DNA from: Nitrospinales bacterium
GTDB taxonomy: Bacteria > Nitrospinota > Nitrospinia > Nitrospinales > VA-1
DNA length: 64,000 nucleotides
NCBI GenBank assembly: GCA_965223345.1
Contig: CBDCWG010000012.1
Span: forward strand, 2,048,001-2,112,000
Direction of reading: 5' to 3'
Shown here: positions 19,865-29,311 of the stretch, piece by piece
Position numbering within the stretch: position 1 is the first letter of the stretch
How the letters are laid out: every line of letters starts with the position of its first letter
The notes under the pieces: model-generated
Told to the model about the DNA's origin: nothing
Seen by the model: the letters and a program-made list of their open reading frames with translations, nothing else
Database searches by the model: none
Translations under genes and position numbers: made by a program

Positions 19865-21997
19865 ATGGAACTGACAAAGAAAGTGAATCAATTGCAGGCC
19901 GTCGAATGTCTGAGCTCCCTGCCGAAGGAGAGCATCGAGCATCTGGCATCGCAGTGCCAGGAAGTGAACCTGAGGGCCGACAACACCGTCTTTGAGGACG
20001 GCGAAGCCGGAGAATCGATGTTCATCGTGCTCTCGGGGTCGGTGGGGGTGTACAAGAAAAAGAAGAAGATCGCCACCCGCGGTCCCGGCGAGTTCATCGG
20101 CGAGATGGCGCTGCTGCAATCCGGCCCGCGTTCGGCGACCGCCCGCGCGATTTCGGACACCTGTCTGCTGGAGATCCGCAAGGACCATTTTCATTCTTAT
20201 CTGACGTCCAATTCCCAGGCGCTGTTCACGGTGCTCAAAACCCTGAGCGACCGTTCCCGGCAGGATCTGGAAAAGCTCGAAAACAGTTACGTCAAACTGC
20301 ACGCCCAGGAGAAATTGTCCCGAAGCCTGCTGCAGATTCTCGACAATTCCACCAACGAGATCTATATCTTCGACTCCACGTCGCTGCACTTCGTCCAGAC
20401 CAATTCCTGCGCCCGCGATCACCTGGGCTACAGCACGGAAGAAATGAAGAACATGACGCCTGCGGACATCATCCACGACCTGTCGCTGGAGGAGTTGAAA
20501 GGCAGTCTGAATCTGTTGCTGGATGAGATCAAGGACCAGCACACCATCCAGGGCATGCACCGCAGAAAAGACGGGTCCACCTATCCGGTGGAAATCCGCT
20601 TCGGCCTCGTGCCGTCGGAGACCCTGCCGCTTTTCGTGGCGCACGTGCAGGATCAGACCGAGCGGAAGCTGATGGAAGACAAGATCGACAACATCACCTA
20701 CCGCGACGCCCTCACGGGTCTGCCGAATCGCAAGTATTTCGTCGAAAGCCTGAACATCGCGATCGACGACGCCGGCCGCAGCAATCAGGAAATCGCCGTG
20801 ATGTGCCTCGATCTGGACAATTTCAAGACGGTCAACGACGCGATGGGCCGGGAGGCGGGCGACCTGCTGATCAAGGAACTGGCCCAGCACCTGCAACTGC
20901 ATTTCCGCAAGCTGGATCTCGTCGCGCACGCCGGCGGCGACGATTTTCTCGTCATGCTGCGGGAAATCCGCGGCGAGATGCAGGCCACCCAGGCGGTGGA
21001 GCGATTCGTCGAGACGTTGAAGCAGCCGTTTCAGGTGGTCGGGAAAGACATCCCCTGCACCTTCAGCATCGGCGTTTCCCGCTTTCCCGATCAGGGAATC
21101 ACCGCTCAGGATCTCATGATGCAGGCGGAAACCGCGCTCTATGCCGCCAAGGAGAAGGGCAAGAACAACTTCCTGCATTTCGATCCCTCGCTGCTCGTGC
21201 AGGCGGCGAAATTCCTGGACATCGAACGCGGACTGATCCAGGCGATGGAAAACGACGAACTGCTGTTGCATTACCAGCCGACGATCGATCTGAAAACCGG
21301 AAGCATCGTCGGCGTCGAAGCCCTGTGCCGCTGGAACCATCCGGAAAAAGGCATGGTGCCGCCGGGGGATTTCATTCCCGTGGCGGAAAAAAGCCAGCTC
21401 ATTCTGCCCCTGGGCGACTGGGTGCTCAAAACCGCCTGCGAGCAGTTCAAGGCGTGGCAGGAGATGGGCATCGACCTCAAATACATCGCGGTGAATTTTT
21501 CCGGCGTGCAGTTCAACAGCGAGAACCCGGTTCCGCGGGTTTCCGAGATCATCCAGAGCCTGAACCTGGATCCCAAACATCTGGAGCTTGAGATCACCGA
21601 AACCGTTCTGATGGGCAATTCGGAAGCGGCGATCGACACCCTGCAGGAACTCAGCGACCTGGGCATTCATCTCGCCATCGACGATTTCGGCACCGGTTAT
21701 TCCTCGCTCACCTATCTGAGCCGATTGCCCGTGGACACCCTGAAAATCGACCGCTCGTTCGTCTACGAGCTGCCGGAGGAAACCAGCGGCCTCATCGCCA
21801 AAACCATCGTCTCGCTGGGCAAGGGGCTGGAGATGAAAACCATCGCCGAAGGCGTGGAAACCGAGGAACAGAAAGCCTATCTGCAATCGATCGGCTGCGA
21901 TCTGATGCAAGGCTATCTGTTCAGCAAGCCCCTGCCCGAAGAGGAAATCACGAAGCTTTTGCAAGCGTCTGCAACCGGCTCTTTGCAACCCCGCTGA
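19865..21997 (+). CDS. cNMP-PAS-GGDEF(GGDDF)-EAL protein, probable c-di-GMP phosphodiesterase
   Basis: GEFIGEMALL..RSATA, DALTGLPNR, AGGDDF, VEALCRW, LEITE, DDFGTGYSSL, LKIDRSF, AEGVET, QGYLFSKP. Confidence 0.93.
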   Translation: MELTKKVNQLQAVECLSSLPKESIEHLASQCQEVNLRADNTVFEDGEAGESMFIVLSGSVGVYKKKKKIATRGPGEFIGEMALLQSGPRSATARAISDTCLLEIRKDHFHSYLTSNSQALFTVLKTLSDRSRQDLEKLENSYVKLHAQEKLSRSLLQILDNSTNEIYIFDSTSLHFVQTNSCARDHLGYSTEEMKNMTPADIIHDLSLEELKGSLNLLLDEIKDQHTIQGMHRRKDGSTYPVEIRFGLVPSETLPLFVAHVQDQTERKLMEDKIDNITYRDALTGLPNRKYFVESLNIAIDDAGRSNQEIAVMCLDLDNFKTVNDAMGREAGDLLIKELAQHLQLHFRKLDLVAHAGGDDFLVMLREIRGEMQATQAVERFVETLKQPFQVVGKDIPCTFSIGVSRFPDQGITAQDLMMQAETALYAAKEKGKNNFLHFDPSLLVQAAKFLDIERGLIQAMENDELLLHYQPTIDLKTGSIVGVEALCRWNHPEKGMVPPGDFIPVAEKSQLILPLGDWVLKTACEQFKAWQEMGIDLKYIAVNFSGVQFNSENPVPRVSEIIQSLNLDPKHLELEITETVLMGNSEAAIDTLQELSDLGIHLAIDDFGTGYSSLTYLSRLPVDTLKIDRSFVYELPEETSGLIAKTIVSLGKGLEMKTIAEGVETEEQKAYLQSIGCDLMQGYLFSKPLPEEEITKLLQASATGSLQPR

Positions 21998-22212
21998 AGC
22001 GCATTCCTCCACACGCAACACTTCCTCGAAAACCCTTCAAAATCCGGCGGTAAAAATACCGCGATCTGGGTATCAAGTTTTTAGCAGGCGTTTTTGCAAA
22101 AAATTGTCAGTTCCCATTCTCCTTGTCGTCATTCTTTTACAAGTCACAATTCTTACCAGAAATTCACACTGAAAAACCGCCCATTATTTTTAGCCGATTT
22201 GGGCGCTAAAAT

Positions 22213-22228
22213 TGGCACCCGACTTGCA
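22213..22228 (+). promoter_or_regulatory. Sigma-54 (-24/-12) promoter
   Basis: TGGCAC-CCGAC-TTGCA with GG at 22214-15 and GC at 22226-27, the canonical spacing. About 130 nt upstream of the FecR gene. Confidence 0.75.
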
Positions 22229-22360
22229 ATTACACGGGTGTAAACCTGTGACCTTCTCTCGGCTACCCCGCAATGCAGGGGGCTGGGGTTGCGAATTTTT
22301 TAAGCATCGATTTCGAGTCTTTTAATAGAGAAACGCAGACCATTCTGGAGGAGTGGAATC

Positions 22361-23767
22361 ATGAAAACGCAAAATGGCAACAAACAGAATAAGGGGGCGA
22401 CCGTACGGCTCGTGCTGTTTCTGTTCGCCCTGACCTGGGTGGTACCTGTGCCCGGTGCGTTCGCCGCACTCAATAAAGATGAGGCGGTCAATCGCATCGA
22501 TTTCGTGCACATGATGGCTACGAATCAGCCCGAAAGCCCGCTGCTTCCTGATGGAATCTCCGGTCTTTCCAAACGGGGGATCTATGAGGCGGTGAAGAAG
22601 AGTCTCAAGCAGCAGGGCGTCAACGTCCTGGAAGACAAAACACCTCTCGGACCGTTGTCTCAGCAGGAATACGTGCGCCTGGCGTATGCGTTTTCCGGTG
22701 GCGATTCCGGCAAGAACCTGTATGAACAGAAGATGTATCTCAAGCAGGCAGGAATTTTGAAAACCGCCGACGTCGGTCTCACCACCGGTCTCGACGGCAA
22801 GCTGTATCAGACCCACAAAGGCCAGACGAGCAAACAGGAAGCGGAGCTGGCTTCTCCGGTGTTCATGAGCGACCGTCTGGAAACCGACTATTCTTCCAAG
22901 GCGATCTTCACCTTCGACGATCAGAGCACCCTCACCATGAGTGAAGATGCGACGGTCAATATCAGCAAGCACATCTACGACCCCGACAAGGACCTGCGCC
23001 AGACGGTGCTCAAGGCCACCCAGGGCGCGGTGCGGTTCGCCGTGACCAAGGGCAAAGCCAAAGGTTCCATGTTCAAAGTCGAGACCCCGACCGCCACTGC
23101 AGGAGTGCGGGGAACCGAGTTCGTCGTATTGCTCGATGAAAACGGCAAGACCACCTTTCTGACCCTGGAAGGGCAGATCGAAACCAAGTCGAACCATCCC
23201 GGCAACGCCGACAAATCCTATCTGATCTCCGCCGGGCAGTATCAGGAGTTTCTGGAAAATGGCACGGTGACGCCGGTTCGCAAGGCGCCTCCGGGACTCA
23301 TCAAGGAGGTCATGGCCAAAACCACAAAACCAAAGCGCATGGCTTTGGCTAAAGGCATCAGTAAAAACTTGGCCAAAAATGCGGCGAAAGGTGCGGCCAA
23401 AGCTGCGTGGGCTAAGGCCAAAGGTGCTGAAAAGGCCGCCTGGGGCAAGGCTCAAGGTGCGACAAAATCAGCCTTTGGTAAATCTCAAAGAGTCTTGAAA
23501 TCTTCCCTGGCAGATGTGAATACCGGGGGGGCAGCACGTGACTCCGCGAAAGGCGCAGCTCAGTTTGCGGCAAAAGATGCGGCGCAAAACGCGGCCAAGG
23601 ATGCGGCACAAAATGCGGCCAAAGACGCGGCCAAAGACGCGGCCAAAGACGCGGCCAAGGATGCGGCTAAATTAGCGGCCAAGGATGCGGCGAAAGGAGC
23701 CGCCAAGCAGGTGGTGAAAGAAGGGGGGCAAGGTGTGGGCAAGGGAAAAGGTAAAGGCCCGATTTGA
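22361..23767 (+). CDS. Exported FecR-domain protein with Ala/Lys/Asp-rich repetitive C-terminal tail
   Basis: Signal peptide ending AFA, FecR-type motifs D.LET..FDDQSTLTM and FKVETPTATAGVRGTEF, (AAKD)n tail. SD GGAGGAG. Confidence 0.85.
   Translation: MKTQNGNKQNKGATVRLVLFLFALTWVVPVPGAFAALNKDEAVNRIDFVHMMATNQPESPLLPDGISGLSKRGIYEAVKKSLKQQGVNVLEDKTPLGPLSQQEYVRLAYAFSGGDSGKNLYEQKMYLKQAGILKTADVGLTTGLDGKLYQTHKGQTSKQEAELASPVFMSDRLETDYSSKAIFTFDDQSTLTMSEDATVNISKHIYDPDKDLRQTVLKATQGAVRFAVTKGKAKGSMFKVETPTATAGVRGTEFVVLLDENGKTTFLTLEGQIETKSNHPGNADKSYLISAGQYQEFLENGTVTPVRKAPPGLIKEVMAKTTKPKRMALAKGISKNLAKNAAKGAAKAAWAKAKGAEKAAWGKAQGATKSAFGKSQRVLKSSLADVNTGGAARDSAKGAAQFAAKDAAQNAAKDAAQNAAKDAAKDAAKDAAKDAAKLAAKDAAKGAAKQVVKEGGQGVGKGKGKGPI
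23567..23708 (+). repeat. 12-bp tandem coding repeat (AAKD/AAQN)
   Basis: GCGGCCAAAGAC exact x3 at 23615-23650, plus degenerate copies on both sides. Confidence 0.9.
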
Positions 23768-23819
23768 TTCTCAACCCTTTCAAATTCTCATTTGCTTGAT
23801 TTAAAGTGAGAAAGTTTAT

Positions 23820-23853
23820 AACCGGGTCCGCTCTGGCGGGCCCGGTTTTTTTT
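23820..23853 (+). terminator. Rho-independent terminator after the FecR gene
   Basis: AACCGGGTCCGC-TCTG-GCGGGCCCGGTT followed by a T tract. Confidence 0.85.
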
Positions 23854-23940
23854 ATTCGTATTTGCGAAGCGAAAAAGATTGGCATGCAGAAATTTTCCGG
23901 TATAATCCCGGAAAATCACTGAGAAACATGGTTTTACTCG

Positions 23941-25338
23941 ATGCCTCCTGTTCGCTTCGCCCGTACTGCATTCATTGGCATTCTGATATCGTTGCTGCTC
24001 GCACTGGGCCTCGTTCCCATTGCGGCCCAGGAATCCGCCGAGGAGTTGTATTCCAGAGGGCTCGGCCACCTGCAGGCAAAAGACTTCGAAAAAGCCGCCC
24101 AGGCCATCAACGACGCCTTGGCGCTGCAATCGAATCTGGATGGAGCGCGCCTCAACCTCGGCATCGCCTATTTTCAACTGGGCAAGTATGACGAGGCCCT
24201 GCAAACCCTGAATGAAGCGCTGGGAGAAAACCCCGACAGCGGCACGCTGCATTTTTTCGCGGCGCTCACCCATCAGGGCCGGAAAGACCACGAACAATCC
24301 ATCCACCACTTTGAAGAAGCGGCGCGGCTGGACAGCGAATACAACCAGCTTTCCGCCTACAACATCGGGCTGGCGCATTTTCATACCGGCAAGCGCGAGC
24401 TCTCCGCCAGGGCGCTGAACCAGGCCATTCAGTACGATCCCAAGACCGACATCGCCAGGGAAGCGGAAAAGATGCTGCAGGCCGTCGAAGCGCAGAAGGA
24501 AAAGAAACGCCTTTCCGCTTCCGCTTCGGTGGGCATCGAGTACGACGACAACGTCACGGTGGACGAACTCGACCAGACTACCAACCTCGACGATTTCGCC
24601 ACGGTCTTCGAGTTTTCCGGCGCCTACAAATTGCTGGCGGGTGAAAAATACGAAGTGGAGGCGGGCTACGATTTTTTCCAGAGCCTCTACGACGATCTGT
24701 CGGCGTTCGACCTGCAATCGCACCTGTTTTCCTTGACCGGCTCGCGCGAGATCAAAGGGGTGGATCTGGGACTCAACACGATCTACAACCGCACCATCCT
24801 GGATGACGACAAACTCCTGGAAATCTATTCCGCTTCCCCAAGCGTTGGTTTTTTCATGTTGCCGACGGTGTACTCGACCCTGAACTACGCCTACCGGACG
24901 ATCAATTTTTTCGACGATGACGATCGCGACAGCCAGAACCACAGCGTCGGCATCAACAATTACCTGTTCTTCATGGGCAGCAAAGGCTTCGTGAACGCGG
25001 GTTACACCTTCGAGAACGAAATCACCACGGGCCGGGAGTTCGGCTTTTTCGGCCACTTCGTCACCGCCGGCGTGCAGTCGCCGATACCGGGAACGGATTG
25101 GGATACGCGGGTGATTCTGGGCTACAAGTATTTTTTCAAGGACTACAAAGAAGTCACCGCCAGCATCGGCGAGGAACGCGCCGATTACCGGCACACCCTG
25201 CAGTTCGGCATCGAGCAGCCGCTGTTCAAGTTCTTCAAGGCCAAGCTCGACTACCAGTACATCAACAGCACCTCCAACCTCGCATCCTCCGATTTCGACG
25301 AGAACATCGTCAACTTTTCCATCTCGGCGTACTACTAG
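23941..25338 (+). CDS. TPR-repeat plus C-terminal beta-barrel outer-membrane protein
   Basis: Signal peptide, multiple TPRs (ARLNLGIAYFQLGKYDEA; YNIGLAHF), GIEYDDNV barrel start, alternating aromatic strands, terminal VNFSISAYY. Confidence 0.8.
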   Translation: MPPVRFARTAFIGILISLLLALGLVPIAAQESAEELYSRGLGHLQAKDFEKAAQAINDALALQSNLDGARLNLGIAYFQLGKYDEALQTLNEALGENPDSGTLHFFAALTHQGRKDHEQSIHHFEEAARLDSEYNQLSAYNIGLAHFHTGKRELSARALNQAIQYDPKTDIAREAEKMLQAVEAQKEKKRLSASASVGIEYDDNVTVDELDQTTNLDDFATVFEFSGAYKLLAGEKYEVEAGYDFFQSLYDDLSAFDLQSHLFSLTGSREIKGVDLGLNTIYNRTILDDDKLLEIYSASPSVGFFMLPTVYSTLNYAYRTINFFDDDDRDSQNHSVGINNYLFFMGSKGFVNAGYTFENEITTGREFGFFGHFVTAGVQSPIPGTDWDTRVILGYKYFFKDYKEVTASIGEERADYRHTLQFGIEQPLFKFFKAKLDYQYINSTSNLASSDFDENIVNFSISAYY

Positions 25339-25629
25339 CGCCGGGATTCAATTCATTGAAGCCCCCATCCACTCCCCATCGAGCTGATTCCGTATTGTTA
25401 AGCTCATAAACTGAACCTGTTAAGAAACCCATAGATTGCCACCTCGTTTCTCTGGAAAATCATCGTGATCATTGGTGATTTTTTTGCCCTTCTCAAACCA
25501 AATCCTAACCTGGGAAAGCTAGAATGAATGCTGTTTTTCCATGAATTCATATGCCATTGAGCGGCGACCGGCCTCGCACGGCCACACACCATAAAAAAAT
25601 CGGCCGCCGTCGAACGATAAGGAGAAGAA

Positions 25630-27078
25630 ATGACCGGAGAACTTCTCAAACAGGCGGTGACGCTTCCTTTGCGTCCCGTTGAAGAATCTCACCCCGTTTG
25701 CGTGCATCCGACCATTTTCCGCGAGTCGGACATCCGCGGTCTGGTCGGCGACCAGCTCACTGCGGAGACGGTGGAAACGATCGGCAAGGCCATCGGCACG
25801 TTCATGCGGCGGGGAGGCGGCAAGTTTTTGTGTCTGGGGCGCGACGTCCGGGAAAGCTCCGACCTGTTCCGCGCCGCACTGTCCGGCGGCCTGATTTCGA
25901 CCGGCTGCCATCTCATCGATATCGGCCGCGTTCCGACACCGGTGTTTTATTTCGCTTTGCACCACCTGGAGCTGGACGGCGGCGTGATGATCACCGGCAG
26001 CCACAATCCTTCCGACTACAACGGATTCAAGATCTGCAACGGAATCCACACGCTGCACGGTGGTGCGATTCAAATGCTCCGGTTCCTGATCGAAAAAAAC
26101 GACTTTGAAACCGGGCACGGCAGGATCTGGGAAACCGACGTGAGGGAAGACTACATCGACAAAATCACCGGCCTGACGACGCTTTCCCGTCCCTTGAAGG
26201 TGGTGGTGGACGGGGGCAATGCCTGTTTCGGCCTGGTCGGCCCGCAGCTTTTGCGGCGTCTGGGGCTGGATATTGTGGAGCTTTATTGCGAACCGGACGG
26301 CAGTTTTCCGAATCATCACCCGGACCCGACGGTGGCGGACAATCTGTTAGAATTGCAGAAGAAGGTTTTACAGCACGGTGCCGACCTGGGAATCGGTTTC
26401 GACGGCGATGTGGACCGGATCGGCGTGGTGGATGAAACGGGGCAGATGATCTATGGCGACGAGCTGCTGATGCTGTTCGCCCGCGATGTGCTCGAACGCC
26501 ACCCCAACGCCAGCGTCATCGGCGAGGTCAAATGCTCGCAGCATCTGTTCGACGACATCCGCAATCACGGCGGCGTTCCCATCATGACGGCGGTCGGGCA
26601 TTCCCTGATCAAGAAGAAAATGTGGGAGACCGGCGCGCTGCTGGCAGGAGAGATGAGCGGCCACATCTGCTTCGCCGACGATTACCTCGGTTATGACGAC
26701 GCCATTTTCGCGGCCTGCCGGTTGCTGCAGATCCTGTCGGCGTCCGAGCGCAGCCTGGGAGACCGGGTGGCAGCGCTTCCCAAAGCGGTCACGACGCCGG
26801 AGATCCGGGTGGACTGCGCGGACGAGAGCAAGTTTGCGGTCGTCAAGGAACTCAAGCGGAGGTTCCAGGACCGCTATCCCATCGTGGACATCGATGGCAT
26901 CCGGCTCGATTTCGGCGACGGCTGGGCGCTGGTGCGGGCCTCCAACACCCAGCCGGTGCTGACGTTGCGGTTCGAGGCCGACAGCCGGGAGCGGCTGAAC
27001 GAAATCCAGAAGATCGTGCAGGAACCGCTCAAACGCATCGACGCAAGCCTGATGTTCTACCCGACCCTGAAACCCTGA
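25630..27078 (+). CDS. Phosphomannomutase/phosphoglucomutase (AlgC-like)
   Basis: DIRG, ITGSHNP (phospho-Ser), FDGDVDR (metal), GEMSGH, RASNTQP. Confidence 0.95.
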   Translation: MTGELLKQAVTLPLRPVEESHPVCVHPTIFRESDIRGLVGDQLTAETVETIGKAIGTFMRRGGGKFLCLGRDVRESSDLFRAALSGGLISTGCHLIDIGRVPTPVFYFALHHLELDGGVMITGSHNPSDYNGFKICNGIHTLHGGAIQMLRFLIEKNDFETGHGRIWETDVREDYIDKITGLTTLSRPLKVVVDGGNACFGLVGPQLLRRLGLDIVELYCEPDGSFPNHHPDPTVADNLLELQKKVLQHGADLGIGFDGDVDRIGVVDETGQMIYGDELLMLFARDVLERHPNASVIGEVKCSQHLFDDIRNHGGVPIMTAVGHSLIKKKMWETGALLAGEMSGHICFADDYLGYDDAIFAACRLLQILSASERSLGDRVAALPKAVTTPEIRVDCADESKFAVVKELKRRFQDRYPIVDIDGIRLDFGDGWALVRASNTQPVLTLRFEADSRERLNEIQKIVQEPLKRIDASLMFYPTLKP

Positions 27079-27088
27079 TTTCCAATGT

Positions 27089-28732
27089 GTGGGCGTGCCT
27101 GCTAAAAAACATTCCTTAAAGTTTCGCTTCATGCTGACGGCATCCATCATTCTGGTGCTCACGTTGGGTTTTTACGTGAGCGGCACGCCGTCCCTTCCTG
27201 AAAACATCGCCACCCGGTTCGCACCGGGGGCGTTTCTGGTGACAACAAAAGAAACCGGCCGCGCCGTGGCCATCCTGACCGCCGGCGATGCCTTCTGGGG
27301 ATACCGCATGGCGGGCGTCCCGGATGGACTGGCGGCTCTGGACAACGGCGACGACACGTTCACGCTGTTCATGAACCACGAGCTGGGCGAAACGAAAGGC
27401 CGCGTCCGCAAACACGGCGGCCGCGGGGCGTTCGTTTCCCGCTGGGTGATCACCAAGCCGGGGCATCCGTCCGGGGATTTCCGCATTCTGGCCGGTCAGG
27501 ATCTGATCGAACGGGTGCGGCTCTGGAACCCGGGCCGGGGAATATTCGAATCCGCTGAGAACGAGGCCTTTCACAATTTCTGCTCGGCCAGTTTCATGCC
27601 CGCCGAAAGCCTGCTGTTCGGGGGGCTGGGCACCGGGGAGGCGATTTTTTTCACGGGAGAAGAAAGCGACGCGTATTCGGACCCCCGCTACGGGCGGGCG
27701 TTCGCCGTTGTGGTTTCCGGCGCGGAAGCGGGGGTGGCTTACGAGTTGCCGCGGCTGGGCGACATGGCATTCGAAAACGTGGTGCCGAGTCCTTTCCCGC
27801 AGAAAAAAACGGTGCTCATCGCTCTGGATGATGCGGACGCGAAAACTTCCGACACTCTGGGCGAGCTGTATGTGTACATCGGTGAAAAGACCGGCGAAGG
27901 AAACGCCATCGAAAAGGCCGGTCTCAACAACGGCAGGCTGTTCGGCATTCGGGTGGCAGGGCTGCCTGTCGAGCACGCCCCGCTGGGGATCGCCAAAGGC
28001 GACAGCGCGTCCTTTGAACTGATCGACCTGGGCGACCGTTCCGATGACGACGGCGCTCGCCTGTTTGAGGAGACGCGCGCGGGCAACGCGAGCGGCGTGA
28101 CGAAATTTTTACGGCCCGAGGACGGCCACTGGGATCCGACCGATGCGAACGTGTTTTATTTCACCACGACGGGTGCGCTGTACGATTCCAATGGCAACGA
28201 CTTGCGCGACCGCTACGGCCCGGGCCGGCTGTGGAAGCTGGTTTTCCACGACATCCGCAATCCGCAGAAAGGCGGAACGCTGAAGCGGCTGCTCACCGGT
28301 TGGGAAGGCGTGGTGGGGCCGGACAACATCACCGTGGATCGCAAGGGACGGGTTTACATCCAGGAGGATCCCGGAAACCGGCCGCGGCTGGCGCGTATCT
28401 GGAGGTACGACCCCGGTGCGCCGGAGCCGCTTCACGTGATCGCCGAGCACGATCCCACCTGGTTCGGTATTTTGAGTTCGCACGCACTGACCCACAACGA
28501 AGAAGCGTCGGGCATCATCGACATGGAGGCCATTCTCGGCGAGGGCTGGTTCCTATCGACGGTGCAGGCCCATATCAAGCTGAGCGGAAAAAAGCACAAA
28601 GCCAACCGCAAGCGGATGGGGATCGATGCGAAGACCGCCGATGAAATCGTCGAATCCGGTCAACTGGTGGCGCTTTACATCGAACCGGAAGCGAGCTCCA
28701 TCAAGCCGATTTTTCGGAATAAAGCCGAATAG
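27089..28732 (+). CDS. PhoX/DUF839-like alkaline phosphatase-family protein
   Basis: Signal-like N-terminus, PDGL, FMNHE, FCSA, FTGEE, FENV, RPEDGHWDP, PDNITV, IQED and EASG motifs. Confidence 0.75.
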   Translation: MGVPAKKHSLKFRFMLTASIILVLTLGFYVSGTPSLPENIATRFAPGAFLVTTKETGRAVAILTAGDAFWGYRMAGVPDGLAALDNGDDTFTLFMNHELGETKGRVRKHGGRGAFVSRWVITKPGHPSGDFRILAGQDLIERVRLWNPGRGIFESAENEAFHNFCSASFMPAESLLFGGLGTGEAIFFTGEESDAYSDPRYGRAFAVVVSGAEAGVAYELPRLGDMAFENVVPSPFPQKKTVLIALDDADAKTSDTLGELYVYIGEKTGEGNAIEKAGLNNGRLFGIRVAGLPVEHAPLGIAKGDSASFELIDLGDRSDDDGARLFEETRAGNASGVTKFLRPEDGHWDPTDANVFYFTTTGALYDSNGNDLRDRYGPGRLWKLVFHDIRNPQKGGTLKRLLTGWEGVVGPDNITVDRKGRVYIQEDPGNRPRLARIWRYDPGAPEPLHVIAEHDPTWFGILSSHALTHNEEASGIIDMEAILGEGWFLSTVQAHIKLSGKKHKANRKRMGIDAKTADEIVESGQLVALYIEPEASSIKPIFRNKAE

Positions 28733-28758
28733 ACGCGTTCGTGCTCACTTCTGCTTGA

Positions 28759-29169
28759 TCATTTTCTGGACTTTTTCTTCTTTTTATCTTTTTTGTCCTT
28801 GTCCTTATTTTTGGAGCTTTTCCTGATCGTTTTTTCTTCCTCTTCTTCGCCTTCCTCTTCCTCGTCGTCTTCTTCGTCCTCATCCACCTCTTCTTCGAGA
28901 ACCGGCTCGGAGGACAGGATGCGGAACTCTTTTTTTTCTTCCTCTTCCAGGGCCAGCCAGGACATCTCCAGCGACAATTTTTCCTTGCCTTTCTTGACCG
29001 CCGCTTCCAGTTCCAGGCCCACATGGCAGCCGGGCTTCAACGTCACAAGATCGTCTCCGTGCTGAATGCAGACGGTGCCGGCTCTCAGGCTTTCCACCAG
29101 GTCTTCGAGAAAATTGATGATCTCATCGCTTTCCATTCTTTCGTTGATCACAACCGATTTTTTTTCCAT
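28759..29169 (-). CDS. Amphi-Trp domain protein with acidic then basic low-complexity tail
   Basis: FLEDLVESLRAG..KEKLSLEMSW amphipathic strand ending in Trp, followed by poly-E/D and poly-K. Start MEKKSVV has SD GGAG. Confidence 0.8.
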   Translation of the reverse strand: MEKKSVVINERMESDEIINFLEDLVESLRAGTVCIQHGDDLVTLKPGCHVGLELEAAVKKGKEKLSLEMSWLALEEEEKKEFRILSSEPVLEEEVDEDEEDDEEEEGEEEEEKTIRKSSKNKDKDKKDKKKKKSRK

Positions 29170-29311
29170 TTCATTTCTCCGCTTGATGATACTTTGCAGC
29201 CGGATTCGCTTGGGCATGCGTATGACCCGTCCGCTTCCTCCCTCGGCATTTACCTGCTCTTTTATGTGAATGACCTGCATTGTATGTAGGGTATGTCAAC
29301 AACTTCGTATT

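Noticed and set aside
22090..22200. CRP box near the cyclase cluster (two TCACA half-sites)
   Set aside because: Half-sites are in direct orientation with no matching TGTGA at 6-nt spacing.
23567..23708. Possible CRISPR-like array
   Set aside because: 12-bp in-frame coding repeats without spacers; no cas genes or arrays seen anywhere in the window.
19844..25194. Minus-strand ORFs of 725, 377 and 468 aa
   Set aside because: Mirror frames of the GGDEF-EAL, FecR and TPR genes, which carry the real motifs.
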